From: Paraspadella gotoi
Lineage: Eukaryota; Animalia; Chaetognatha
DNA length: 64,000 nt
Direction of reading: 5' to 3'
Assembly (NCBI GenBank): GCA_051294375.1
Contig: CM119263.1
Location: 23,090,833 to 23,154,832 of the forward strand
Shown: positions 1-15,701 of the stretch, piece by piece
How positions within the stretch are numbered: position 1 is the stretch's first letter
Layout: the number at the start of each line of letters is the position of its first letter
Position numbers and translations under genes: made by a program
Notes under the pieces: model-generated
Seen by the model: the letters and a program-made list of their open reading frames with translations, nothing else
Databases searched by the model: none
Told to the model about the DNA's origin: nothing

Positions 1-1868
1 GCATTTTATGACAGATATAGTTGTTTTATTGACTTATTATATTGGTTGCAGTGGAAATTAAAATTTTAAAAAATTATATCGGCATTGATCAAAATATAAA
101 TGTGCTGCTTTTGCTTTTATGCTATTCAGAAGTTCAATTATGTTTAGCTGGGAACATCTTTTTAAATGTCAACCACTAAAAAATCAATACGAAATTCTAC
201 GGTAGTATTGGGATTCCGCTAAAAAAAATTATTTGTTTTACGGTAAAACATGATTTTAATGGCAAAACATGCATGTTTTTGGTTTTAAACTTTTCAACGA
301 TTTTTGTAAAGAAACAGAATCTTGGCGTCGGAAAAAAAAGAGGAGGAAAAACCAGAAAAGAGTTTTTTTCCCTTAAATTTTTTTGGTTTGAGATTTTTTT
401 TCTTTTTTATTTAAAAATTTCTTCTCGTTTTTGAAAGAAGCGATTGTTTATGACTTCTCACCGAAACCGAAACTGGGATCGAGTGACAACGGCGGCCATC
501 GAAAAAAAAAAACCCTCTTTTCCCAGTCGCCCCCTCCCGCCCGATTTTTTTTTCACTCTCTTTTCATCTTTCTCTCGCTCTCTTCGTCTTTCTGAGCTCT
601 TTCCATATTAATCTTTTGCTATTTCCATTTTTCAACCTTATTTTTTCGCGAGGGGTTAATAAATAATTAATAATTATTTCTCTCTTGTGTTTCACATCTC
701 TCCTTTTTCTCGCCCTTTCTTTTCTCGCTTTTCATCATCTTTATATTTTTTTTTGTCACTACTACCGATTTTTTTTTCTCTTTTACCCTTAATTTCATCT
801 TTCTCTCACTTTTTCTATTCTTTCCATCTTCTTTCTATAGTTTTCACTCTTTTTTTTTCCACGCTAATCTTTCTCAATTCCCTCACAATTCACTCTCTTC
901 ATCTTTTCCGCGCGTTTTCTTCAGCTTCAATCGCCAATACTTCATTTTCCACTTCGCTTATGCTTACTCAACCCTTCATCCACTTTTAACTCATCAATTT
1001 CCGCTCAAGTATTTTCTTTCCATTTCACACTTTTCGATGTTCACTTCATTTCACTTCACCTTCTTTCACTCTTTTAAACTCTTTCGATCGAAAACGTCAG
1101 GAGCTGAAAAAAAAGGGTCCCAGTAGAGCCTCTTTTTTTTAAGGATTTCTAAAAAAAAATCGAAACCCCAGAGAATTCACCGTTGAAGCTAAAAAGTGGC
1201 ACTGGATCTCGTTTGCCGCTCCAGAAAAGTAGTTATATCTATCAGAGATGGGAAAATTTTGGTGTAAAAAAAAAAGAAACAAAAAAATATTGAGTAAGAA
1301 AAAAAGAAAAATTTGTTGAAAAGCCGAACCAGATTCTTTCTTAGAGTCTGGTGATACCTGAGAAACGAGAATAGAAAAATAGCACCTGCTGTCGATTCTC
1401 AACTCACTTTTTTATTTTTAAATATTTAAATTTAGAGTTCGAGGTCAAAAACTAATAATACTAGCTAGCAGCTAAAACGAAAACAAGTTTTCTATTTTGT
1501 TGATACATTTAATTTTTTCATTGATAATAAACAGTTTTTTTAGAATATATCAAAATCATTATAGATAAAATTTTGAGTAGAGCTAGAAATCGTCTTAATT
1601 GACTAAGCAACTCCGCCCAAGACTTTTAACTGTTTCACTGCGCGCGTGGATTTACATGCATCGATTTAATTATATATCGTTTTTTTTTCCTTTTCGCCAA
1701 ATTCAGGACTCGATATTCCCTTCTAATTTTGTGGATCTTCTCATCCTTTTTCATAAATTTCTTTTCTTTTGATTATTATTCTCATCCAGTTATTTTTTTC
1801 TTTTTTCCTCAAATATTATCTTGTATTACATTTATTTAAATTTGATTTCTTTCTCTTAATGCCATTTC

Positions 1869-2000
1869 ATTTCCTTTCCTTTCCTTTCTTTTCCTTTCCT
1901 TTCCTTTCCTTTCCTTTCCTTTCCTTTCCTTTCCTTTCCTTTCCTTTCCTTTCCTTTCCTTTCCTTTCCTTTCCTTTCCCTTCCTTTCCCTTCCTTTCTT
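1869..2000. repeat. (TTTCC)n pentanucleotide microsatellite
   Basis: Visible tandem array. Confidence 0.95.
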
Positions 2001-2174
2001 TCCTATACATTCCTTTTCTTTCTTAATTTTTTTCATTGCTTTCCTTTCCCTACATTTTTCCCTTCCTTAACCCTTTCTTTCCATATTGATATTTTTTCTT
2101 TCCTTTCCTTTCCTTTCCTTTCCTCTCCTTTCCTCCCTTTTTTTCATACTTCCATTCTTTCCTTTGTTTTTCTT

Positions 2175-4354
<2,180 letters not shown>

Positions 4355-5274
4355 TGCGAAAAAGATTTAACTGAAATAAATATCAAATTGATTTGGTATC
4401 ATAATAAAAATAAGAAATAAAAGCTTGCAATACAACTTGTTTTAATGTTAATTTGAAAGTTAAAAGTCTAGGTTTGTTTTCCCACAGAATGATGTTAATT
4501 TTATAATTTTTGATAAAAAAAATTCGATAAAAATTAGGAACAGCTGCATCTGTAGGGGAAATTCACTGGCAATCATGTGCCAGCGATTACAAAAATTAGG
4601 CCAAAAATGTTTAATTACGTTTAAATAAATTTTACTAGCTGCTAATAATCTATTTTCTATCTTCCTAAAACTTACTTTTACTAATTTGGTCCAGAATCTG
4701 AAAGGTGAAATGAAGTAGTTACTTATGTTCAGAGATTTGTATTTGTATAACAAAAAGTATACCTGACAAATGGCTTTCTAATTAAACTCGGTTTTATAAA
4801 ATATTTCTCTGACAAATGATCATCGTTGTTGGTTCATTTTTAAATTTTTTTTATATCGAGAAATGTTCAGACCTAGAGCCTCTAATTGTTTGTCGTGCTT
4901 TAATTCTTTCGCTGGACTTTTTCCCCCAAGATTCCAATCACAAGGTCCAAAGTTTTAGGCCCAGATAAAAACTGATCATTAATTGTTTTGTAACTGATCA
5001 CCTAAGAAATCCTGCGTATTAAAAACATTTAAAACAGTTTTTTTTTTTTCAGAAGCATCCTTTGTCTGACAATTGCGATTTTAAAATAGTTTTCATTCTT
5101 CATTAACCTTCGACTTGCTCCTTCTCTGTCTTTCTCTCTCTCTCTTTCTTTCTCTCTTTTCTTCCATCAATCCAAAAACAAGTGCGCATTTTGGTTCCAT
5201 CCGAATAAAAAAATAGATCTTTAGATCATTTTGTCTAAGGAAAAAAATGTTTTATTGTTTTGGCAATGAAGCGC

Positions 5275-5389
<115 letters not shown>

Positions 5390-5520
5390 TCCTCAACAAT
5401 CATCATCCATCGCTCCTGCTTTTTCGGGATTCCCACGACAAATTTCTTCAAATTTCCAACTTTCAATTCTCTTCAAATTTCTATTTCAGCGCCATCGACC
5501 GGCCATCAAGTCGGGGAGCG

Positions 5521-7191
5521 ATGGCGTCGACCCGGCGGCCTCTCCATCTCTATCTGTGTCTCTGTCTCTGTTATCTCATGTGCTTCCGAGAGACGGAGTC
5601 GAATCTCGAAGGGCCTTCGAACGAAAACGTCGTGACGGCGAGAACGTTTCCACCAGGGATGTTGCACAACTCCACCAACTCGACGACGAACTTGACGACC
5701 AACTCGACGACGAACTCTTGGACGCCGTCGACGGGGCCGACGTCGACGACCTCCAAATTTGACCTCAATTCTTTCGTCACCGTCGACAAGAATAACATGT
5801 CGAAAACGATAGAATCCATCACATACGCCGCTCAACTCTCGAAGGTCACCGGGTTGCCGATTGTGTATCCAGGTACCGTAGCTGTAATTTGCAGCTGAGA
5901 GTTACTTAACTTAGAAGCGGATTTGAAAGCCCTGGCCAGATTTGTCAGTTTGAGATCATTGACATCATTGATCATACAATCAGAAATGCTATTACAAATG
6001 ATCCGACGGGGAAGTGCATATGGTTTAATCGCCAGAACTGACAAATTTATCGTCAAACGTAATAGGGATTACCGAAAATGATTGTACTAAATCGTCATGG
6101 CCCTCGTCATTCGAACTTGATTACAATGTGCAAAAGTAGTGGAATCGATCTTGCCACTTTATCAACAACGACTTTTCGAACACGTGATTATGACGCCGAA
6201 CCGAATATTAACCATCTTTTTATTTGTTCCAAACGTGACTCAACGTGTGGTCTTATAAAGCCGGCGAGAACTTCGCTCCCGACTGAGAAACAGAATTAGA
6301 TTTTAATCTCGCGTCGATGATCCTTGTCAATGTTTAACCTTTATTAGCGTTAATTATTAAAACTCACGTTGTTTTTGAAAGGTGTTTAATTATTTGTTTG
6401 AGTCTACGAAGTTTTCAAGGTCATTGGAAATTTTTTGGGGGAAAAAGGCGCGGATTATTAAATCCCATATTTTAAATTATTATCAAACTAATAATATTCA
6501 GTACATCATTTTTGTTCTGTGCGTCCTATCCTTTACTAGATACCTTGAATACCAGAAAAGATCAAAACCATCTTATCTATCAGGCACGAAATGGTGCGGA
6601 ATCGGCAACGTGGCGGAGACGGAGACCGACCTGGGATCCAAGCGCCTGACGGACGCCTGTTGCCGACGCCACGACTTCTGTCCGGTTCATCTGAGAGGCG
6701 GCGAGTCCCGCGCTGGTGTCACTAATGACGGCACTTTCACCATGTCTCACTGTCAATGCGACGCCAACTTCTGGAAATGCTTGACGGGTCAGCTCTTTAG
6801 GGCCGGAAATTAAATATAAACTTTGTTTCACATATTTCAATAATTTAATTCATTTTCAACGATTGAACAGACGCGGGAACTGATGACGCTTTAATCATCA
6901 AATATACTTTCTTTACTTTGTTGAGAACTCCGTGTCTAGTGTATCAGCATCCAAAGGTACGATTAGAATGTGGAAGTTTGGAAAGTTTGCCCCTTGGGCT
7001 TGGCCTTGCGCAATTCCTCCGTGTCTTTTGTTTAGGTTTGCGAAGAACGACAAACGTTGAGCTGGTTCACTTCCCTTTTTACTGATTCGGGTACTTGCGC
7101 CAGATGGCGAATCGACACGAGTCAAGCGAAACAATGGAGCATCGTTGATCAACCGAATCCGAGAGTTTCTGTTTTGGATTTAATCGGTTGA
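5521..7191 (+). CDS. Secreted group III (bee-venom-type) phospholipase A2, 4 coding exons
   Basis: Exons ~5521-5872, 6584-6787, ~6871-6956, ~7035-7191. Hydrophobic N-terminus, Thr/Asn-rich spacer, then IVYPG|TKWCGIGN (Ca-binding loop), DACCRRHDFC (catalytic His-Asp), SHCQCDANFWKCL, FFTLLRTPCL and a C-terminal C..C..RIDTSQAKQW segment typical of group III PLA2. Confidence 0.93.
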
Positions 7192-7408
7192 AAGGGAGAG
7201 ACAGAAATGAGGTGTTTATTTATTCTTTTAAAGTTAAACTATTTTAACCACAAACATTTAGAAATGTTAGTAATTATAGAAATCACAGAAAATAAAATTG
7301 TAGTGATTTCCGTGATTGGTTTTTCTTTTTAATAAAACTCTCGTTGCAGAATATGTTAAAATCGTAACGTTAGAGATATAGCAGAAGAGAAATTAAACAG
7401 GAATTGAT

Positions 7409-8056
7409 TTATAAATCGTAGTAGCAAGGACTATCGTATTCGTAATCCCCTCTGACCAGCGTCCAGACTTCTTCTCCTTTCCCCTCCACCTCTTCTTCCT
7501 CCCCTTCCTCCTCCTCCTTCTTTTCCACTTTGACTTCGACCCTACAGACTTGGCGCCCACCGACGGCCTCGTCGTCCCCGGTCTTCGAGCATCTCGTCAG
7601 CGCCTCCGCGTAGGACTCCAGCTCTTCTTTGGTGCAGAAAGTCGTTGCGACGACCAATTTCAGTCGAAATCGATGATCGGACAACTTATTCGATAAAAAA
7701 AAAGGAAAGAGTAGAAAGAAAAATGAGAACGAAGGCTTAAAGGGTCACCTAATAAAAGACCATAAACACCATAAACCTGATATTCCACGTCCTTCACTTT
7801 GACGAGTTTCAGGTGGAAAATGGAATTCCTTGTTTCGGACAAAAATTCAGCGGCTTTGTTCCCAACTTTCGTCGCTAATTCGCTTTTTGGGTTGAGCTTC
7901 TCGAATTTGCCACCGACGTCGCCTCCGTCTTTGAGCGAGAAAAAAATTGTCAGAAATAAAAGGGAAACATCCGAATTTGCAAAGAGGTAATAAAGACTTA
8001 CAAATTACATTGAAGAAACACATGAAAAGAAGCGGGAGAAAAACACGGGACGCCAT
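7409..8056 (-). CDS. Divergent secreted type-2 cystatin-like protein, 3 exons
   Basis: Signal MASRVFLPLLFMCFFNVI|, then YGGDVGGKFEKLNPKSELATKVGNKAAEFLSETRNSIFHLKLVKVKDVEYQ|LSDHRFRLKLVVATTFCTK...C...VCRVEV...C. N-terminal GG, helix, beta-strand pattern, TxC-x-C-x-C-x-C cysteine spacing and a phase-0 intron right after the Q of the QxVxG position all match cystatin genes. The inhibitory motifs are degenerate. Confidence 0.7.
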
Positions 8057-8518
8057 GACCAAAGCGAACGTTTGAGATTATTGGTTTAGTAAAAAAAAAT
8101 ATTGGAACCACTGGCACTATTTTTTTGTTCTTTTTTTTTAAAATGTTTTTCCCCGTCAGGTGGGACCTTCTCAGAAGAATAAGAGCCAAATTCTGATAAA
8201 ACTACTTGAAATACATTTAAATTTTTTGAAAAGTAAATACTGGATATTCCTATCGATGACGAATTTAACATGACTCTGCATCTGACAAAACATTCTGCAC
8301 ACGAAATTTTAGCGATTCTAAATAAATCTTTCTTTCGAAATGTCCATCTGAAATTTCTCCCATCTCTATAAGAACGGGCCTTTTTAAAAAAGTAACCTTT
8401 TCGCAAAAAAAAAAAAGTTTACCGTTTGCTTATCTAAAAAATTCTTTTTCTTGAGCCTCCCTCATTATTTGCACTGAGGGAAGGTAAAGATTAGAAAAAG
8501 AAGAAAAAATGACTCTCG

Positions 8519-8588
<70 letters not shown>

Positions 8589-9205
8589 CTCTCTCTCTCT
8601 CTCTCATATTCATCCCTTTATGTGTTCTAATTGTAAATATAAAATATACAATCAAAACAAAAAAGTGTTTTTCCATTGGGGGATGAATAACGCGTAAAAG
8701 ATTCGTCGAACGAGAGACAATATTTCGACGATGAGTCACATGACTACGACGGACGATACTCGTCGCTTTTTTCTCTCGCTGATGTTTGTGGCGTCATCTA
8801 TCGAGACCCAACGACCTCTGTTATCGACGACGACGACAATAACTAAAAGTACAAGAGAAAACAGATCATGTGTACGAGTTTTTTATTGGCTCAGAAATGG
8901 GTGAAATTCAATTCAATTTCTTAAATTATTCGGTTAATAGAGTGTTAATAGGGTCCAAGGTCATATTGTAAAATGACCGAAGAGTTTTCTCGAAATTCAA
9001 AACCCTAGAAGAGTCAAGTTCCGATTCAACGTTGACAACGACAAAGACAACAACGACAACGACAACTGAACCCAGAGAAGAACGTCGACATTTTAAAAGA
9101 AGCGAAAGCCTCGGCGGGGGACGCGAGCGCCACTACCCGAGGTTTAAAAAGTCTCGAGAGACGAAGATCGGGTTTCGCCGCGATAGAGACGTTTTTAAGA
9201 TTTCG

Positions 9206-9238
<33 letters not shown>

Positions 9239-9936
9239 AGAAAAATCCTGGGGAAAGTTTCCCGCGTATTAGTCAGCAGAAAGTCGGACACATTGAGAGC
9301 GACAAGGGGAGGAGCGGTTGAATTACGTAAGTCGTATCGAAAAAGTCGACTCAAAGGAATGTTATATTAACTAATTGTTAGTATATTTGTCAGATACGAT
9401 CGATTTAAATCTAAAGCTGCCATGTAGTAAACTTCACCATTTTCAAATTGTACAGTATTTGGTTTAATGTAATGAACGAAAAAAGAAACAGGAAAGAAAA
9501 AAAAGGCGCAGAAATAATGACAACAACAACAACAAGCGCCAATTTTCCCGGTGTCACGGTAACACTGAGTCTTTTCCAACGTCTTTCCATCTTTTTTTTG
9601 GAGGAAAAGGTTTTTCCTCAGTAGCTGAGCCTGTTTTTTCTCATAAAGATTTCCAAACAAAAGAACCGCGTGTTCTCTCCTTGTTTTTTTTTTTATTCGA
9701 GTATAGAATCGTAGATTTCTGCGGTTTATCTTTCGTTTTCGCTTGAAGAATAATCGTTACCAAATTTTGTGAAAGAAAGAATGTTAAACAAAAGCGCGAG
9801 AAAGCAATAAAAAAGTGGAGAAAAAATAATGAAATGTAGAAAGTAAAATAAAAAAGAGAAAAGTTTATAAAGAAAAAATGAATCTAGAGTACTTTAAAAA
9901 AATTAAAAGAAAAAAAACGAACTTGAGAATATGAAT

Positions 9937-9937
9937 A

Positions 9938-10025
<88 letters not shown>

Positions 10026-10139
10026 GAGAAAGAACGAACGAACGAACGAACGAACGAACGAACGAACGAAAGAAAGAAAGAACGAACGGATTAACGAACG
10101 AACGAACGAACGAACGAACGAAAAAAGAAAGAAAGAAAG
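9937..10139. repeat. Compound (GAAA)n(GAAC)n tetranucleotide microsatellite; a (TTTC)n tract also lies at 3869-3970
   Basis: Visible tandem array. Confidence 0.95.
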
Positions 10140-10603
10140 CATAAATTACGTAAATGACTTTAGCCTCGTTTTTAATTGATGATCCCATTTTTGATAAAAC
10201 CGAACATCTTTATTTCAAAATAAACTTCGAAAATTAACTACGACTCTGACTTTAATTCGTCAACCATAAATACATCACGATTTTTTTCCCCTTCGATCCG
10301 CGCTTCGACCAAATGTAGAAGAATCCCCGTCGTGGGGACTTCGTCAAGCACGATAAATCCCCGGCGATCGAACTCAGCCGGGGATCCCTCAAGTTAAAAA
10401 AAAAAACTTTTTCTTTTGGCTTGGATTTTGGGAAATTGTTTGGTAATCGGGGAGCTGCTCGGTGAATCACGCTTAATGATTGTTAAGGAAGTGATGCGGA
10501 GAGTGAGACATTAAAATTAGTGATTCAATGTGAATGGAATGCGTTCGATACAGAGTCGCGGAATAAAGTTAATGAAGAAAGGATAAAGTAAGTTTGAACT
10601 TAC

Positions 10604-12137
10604 CCGGATGTCGATCTTCGGCTTGGACTTGGACTTTTCCGATTTTCCCTTAGTTGTTGGTGTTGTTGTTTTCGTCGTCCTTGGAATTCCTGTCGTCGTC
10701 TTTGTCGTCAGGGTCAAATCCTTCGGAGATTCTTTCTCTTTGGACTTCGATGCCATTTCCGTTTTGCTTTCTCTCTCCTCCGATGCCACTCGCTGCCATT
10801 CCGGTGCCACTTCTCTTTTGTTTAGCGTTTGAGTCGGCGTCACTTCTGGGAGTCCAGTTTTTTCTTTGCTTTCATTTTTTAATCTCAACGAATCGTCGTC
10901 GTCGTAGTCGTTGCTATCGTCAGCGCCTTCGTCCCCATTTTCATCTTTGTCAGCTTTGTCATCGCTGCCATCGTCAACATCGACGCGCAAGGAGACTTCG
11001 ACGTGTTGTGTCACTCCTCCATCCCCAACAACTTCCTCTTTTTTCTTTTCCTCTCCATCTTTTTTTTCATCCCTCTTCCTCCACGAGCTCCTCTCCCACT
11101 TGACGAGCCGTTCCGTCGGCGTCCGCGGCGCCTCCGTAACGACGCCTGGCGCCAAGTGTCGCGTCGGGGCCGGAACGGAAATGGCGCGTTCCAGGGCGAA
11201 TCTGGGCGCCATGTTGTCGAGATGATGTCGACCCAAACTTCCGGTTTTGCTGCTGTAAGGTTGGGATTCGCTGCGGGAGAAGAGCATCGACTTGAAGGCG
11301 GCGGTGGCGTCGGAATCCGTTTCCGGTTGGGAGTCGGAAGAGTTGGAGGAAGATGGGGGAGAACCGGATTTGGGGCGAACGTTGGAATCACCTTTGGAGC
11401 TCGGTTCCGTCTTGGCGAGCGGTTCTTTGTGAGCTGATAGTTCTTTTTTGGCCAGAGGTTCCGGCTTGGCGAGTGACTTGACGGTGATTTCTGTCTTCAA
11501 CCGCGAATCATTATTACGAGCGGCGTCTCGGGCGGCGAGGCGTTCCCTCCACGACATCGGCCTGGTTTCCGGTTTATCCTCGTTGCCCGGCTTCGAATTA
11601 AATTTCTGCTTGGAATGGTTTTCGCCGGAAAAATCCGGTTTAGGCGAAATTTTAGGTTTCGACGGAATTTTCGGTTTAGGTTTTGTGTCGAGTTCGACGC
11701 AAAGATTCGGTTTGGGAGAAACTTGCGGCTTTTCGACGATTTCCAGTTTGTTAATGATCCTCGGTTTTGCACTTAGTTCCGGTTTCTCGGCAATTTCCGG
11801 CTTTTCCCCAATTTTCGGTTTGGCGCCGTTTTCAGACTTCGCTTTTCCTTTGGAATGATCGGCTTTCCGGAATCGATGCCTCGGCGAAAATCCGTAGGCG
11901 TCGAAATGCGAGGATCCGGCGCCGTATTGACTTTGATCGGCGCCGGACGACGACGAAGGCCGGGAGGCATTCGACCGAGAATCCGCGCCGTCGACGGAGT
12001 GTCTTACTTCGCCGGCGTCGCTGGCATCACCGGCGCCGCTGCCAGTACGAAGTCCAAGGTACCGTTTCTTTGGGGCGGCGCTGTCGGCGTCGTTCTTGTC
12101 GTTGGCGTCGACGTTGGCGATTTTCGGTTTGAACTTA

Positions 12138-12174
<37 letters not shown>

Positions 12175-12343
12175 TTTCACAAGACGATGACGGGGAAGAC
12201 GAATCGACGATGAGACTTTTGTTTCTTTGTTCGCTCGTTTTACGAGTTTCGGAGACGTCGGCGGCGCCACCGTCGAACGCTCCGGCGTCGAGGGCGCGCC
12301 ACTTCCGCTCGATGCGTTCGATCTCCTCAAGAAACTCCGCCAT
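10604..12343 (-). CDS. Large (~580 aa) intrinsically disordered coding exon of an unidentified multi-exon gene; KP/PKP-repeat region and acidic tracts
   Basis: 608-codon ORF with coding-type GC and an ATG start. A strong donor CGG|GTAAGT lies at ~10604. Downstream exons (possibly 10250-10390) are not resolved. Confidence 0.75.
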
Positions 12344-12757
12344 TTCCGTTCGTCTTTTATATTTCGCGTTGTTTTGTTAACAATTATTTTGTTAAATTAA
12401 TCTCCTTTTGATGTCGGCGAAAGAATCTCTCACGACGAAAAAGTTTCGCGAGAAAATGACAGAAAAAATTCAACCTATTTTCGTTGAGATAAGGAAAAAA
12501 AAAGAGAAATATGTTTGTAAAAAGTGCAAAGGATGAAAAGCGAAGGAGACTTAACAAAGTGTGAAACAAAATTGAGAAGAGGGACAGTGAAATAGACGAA
12601 TTCAAACGGCGATAATAGCATCGTAAAATAAAAAAAAGAAATAAAAAGCTGGGAAAAAAATCACGAAAAGGCAAAAATAAAAAAAAAAAAAGAAAGAAAG
12701 GAAAAAAATAACCAACGAAATAATCTTCGTCTCGTCACGGCTTCGCTCGGAAATAAT

Positions 12758-12849
<92 letters not shown>

Positions 12850-13006
12850 TGTTTCCAACTTGGTAGTCGTTCCTCCGTATTATTGTTTGTTGTTCGTCGT
12901 CATCTGTCGGTTGTCATCGTCGTTGTCATCGTCGTTGTCATCGTCGTTGTCCGAGAGGTTGTTGACAAACACTAGACATTCTTGGGGTTGATCGACAATC
13001 TCCGGA

Positions 13007-13128
<122 letters not shown>

Positions 13129-14809
13129 TATCTACAAAAATTGGCTCAGTTATCCAAGAAGATAAAAATTACATCGATTTTTTTTAAGACTGCAGTGCGT
13201 TATTTTTAAGTAACTAATATCGAGTGAAATCGGTTGCACGCAAACGTTTTAAACTTATCGGAATTAAAGTAGAGAAAAACTGAAAAACGACGCAAGGTGG
13301 CAGATTATTGTCTGGTTAAGTTTATTCGTTAATTTTGAGGTTAAAAATCAAATCATAATAAACGTATCGATTAGAGTCGACCGCTTTTATGATTCTCGAA
13401 AAAAAAAATGAGATAATTTTTGTTGTTGTTGATTTCAGATTCGAAATTTTCAAAAGGTTTGGACGCCAAAGTCACGAGAGAGAGAGAGAGAGGAGAGAAG
13501 AGAAGAGAGAGAGAGAGAGAGAGACGGCACGAACCCCGTCATTATTCAACGCTCTGTCCCGTTTCAGATCCGTCCTTGATTAACCCGAACGCGACGATGA
13601 ATAATGCGGTTTCTTGGTTCCTTTTTTATAGTCATTGATATATTTTGAAATACAAATTTAATTTGATTTTAAAAAATATTTAAATATTTCATGAAAAAAT
13701 TTGGTTCCACTCGAACTTTATCGAAATCTTTCGATCGAAACTTTTTGTTCAGCCACCAAAGACGGAATTAAATCGTAAGACAAATTTGAGGATCATCTCG
13801 AATCAACGACCTAGAAAGAAAAAACAAAATTTCTTTTCTATTTATTTCTTGGACGAATTTTTCTTTAAAAAATTACGAAAACTTTGAAAAACTTTTTTCT
13901 TTCCCTCAATTTTCTTAAGTTTTTTCTTTTTTCTTTCTTTTTTTTTTCTCTTCTCTCCTTCTCTTAGCTCGACCTCCAGGCAATAACAATCCTCTTCCTC
14001 TTCCCCCTCCCATTGAATTTCTTTCAAAATCACAAAAACCTGAAATTCCTTTCCTTTATTTTTATATTTTTTTCCCGAGAAAATCCCGAATTTAAAAACA
14101 AGATTCCCTTTACTCTTTCGTTGAGAGTTTGACATGACAGTCGAAAAGGGTTGATGAAAATTAAGAGAAACACATGTTATCATTTTTTTTTACATCCGCC
14201 TCCTTTAACGTTAAAAAATATACTGGGAGATGGACAACTGTCATAATAGCAGGAATTTTTATACTCCTTTTACACACATAAATCTTTAATCGTAACTTTT
14301 ACCTTCGGCCCACACATCATTTCTCATCGATTCATCTTTCTCTTATTTTTACTTTTTTTAAATTTTTTTCTTTCTTAAGATTTTTTTTTTGAATAAACTC
14401 GCCATCATCGATTTCAGTTTGATTGATTGATTGATTGACTAAATTTTTGAATATTTCGATTGATTAATACAACAAATGATGTTAAAAATCTTCTCATTTT
14501 TCCCCGATGTGAAAATTCAAATCCAATTAGAGAAAGCTCAGTTTCAGCTTCAAACTTCTCACAACAATGTTAATCTCAATACGGTCTCATTATCCAAAAG
14601 CATTTGAACTAACGATCTTCTTTATCCACTTTGACAGTCACATCCCTTCGTTAACATAACACGGTTACGGATAAAAGAAGTTGGAAGAAAAAAAGAATGA
14701 AAAGATGTAAACCTTTCAACTTTTCCTATTTTTTTTTATTGAATTTGAAAAGAAAAAAAAAAAAAAACTCAGGCCGCCGCTTCCCCGGTCTCCGACGCCG
14801 CATTTCTTA

Positions 14810-15360
14810 AATCAACCAATCAAAATACTTCTAGGCCTCCCCGCTGCGGGGAGCGAACCAACCAATCAGCGTCGAGCAAGATCGAATTCAAATAAACGCA
14901 CCTGACAAATCTAAATGTACCCGGTTGAAGATTCGATCCCCGATTCAATCGGGCGGATTTTTGGAGGGAAAAAAACTTGGAACCGTCGATCGAGGTAAGT
15001 TTAAATCTGCCATCTCTCAAATTACCAAAGAGTTCGACGAGGAAGTATCCTTCCAAATATTATTTTTATCAAATTCTGATAAAAAAATTTGCCCAAACTT
15101 CCGCCGCTAAAGTTGTCTCGTCGCGTGAAGCCTTCAACGTCGCTGGAGGTCACTTTCTTATTCTCACCGATTCACCCAAATTTTTTTTTTGAATCACGGA
15201 TCGGACGGGTGATCTCTATTCTTCCTCCCTCTCTTCCTCCTCTTCCCTCCATCCTTTCCCCCCTCGTCTCTCGGCGACCGTAACTTACCCCGTCGTCACG
15301 CAACCGCGGGTTCTCACCGAACTCCGTCGATTCTCGATCACGTGATCTGTCACGTGATTA
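14810..15360. promoter_or_regulatory. CpG-rich putative (bidirectional) promoter between the disordered gene and DEPDC1
   Basis: CCAAT at 14816 and 14862, CHR-like TTTGAA(T) on the minus strand at 14886-14892, tandem TCACGTGA E-boxes at 15339 and 15351. Strong splice donors on + (~14994 GAG|GTAAGT) and - (~15288 GGG|GTAAGT). Confidence 0.45.
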
Positions 15361-15701
15361 CGGCCTTTCGGGTCAGTTTACTTTTTCGTACTCTCCCGTC
15401 GACCGAACGAAGGAACGAAGGCCGACGGGTCGACGACGACGACGAAAACGACGACGAAAACAAACATCGGAGATAAACTCGACGAATAAACTCGGGCGCG
15501 TTATCGTCATCGCCGTTATCGCGTCTCCTTTGCATTAAAGCGTAAATTTGCACGAAATATTTATGGGGCAACAACTTCTTTCGGTCTTAGGGAAATGCGT
15601 TATGCGCCTTAACGAATTTTAAAGAAACCTAAATATACTAAGCTGATTTGATTCAAATAAAATTTGAGCCCAGCCTCAGTCGCGAATCGATATCGATAAA
15701 C

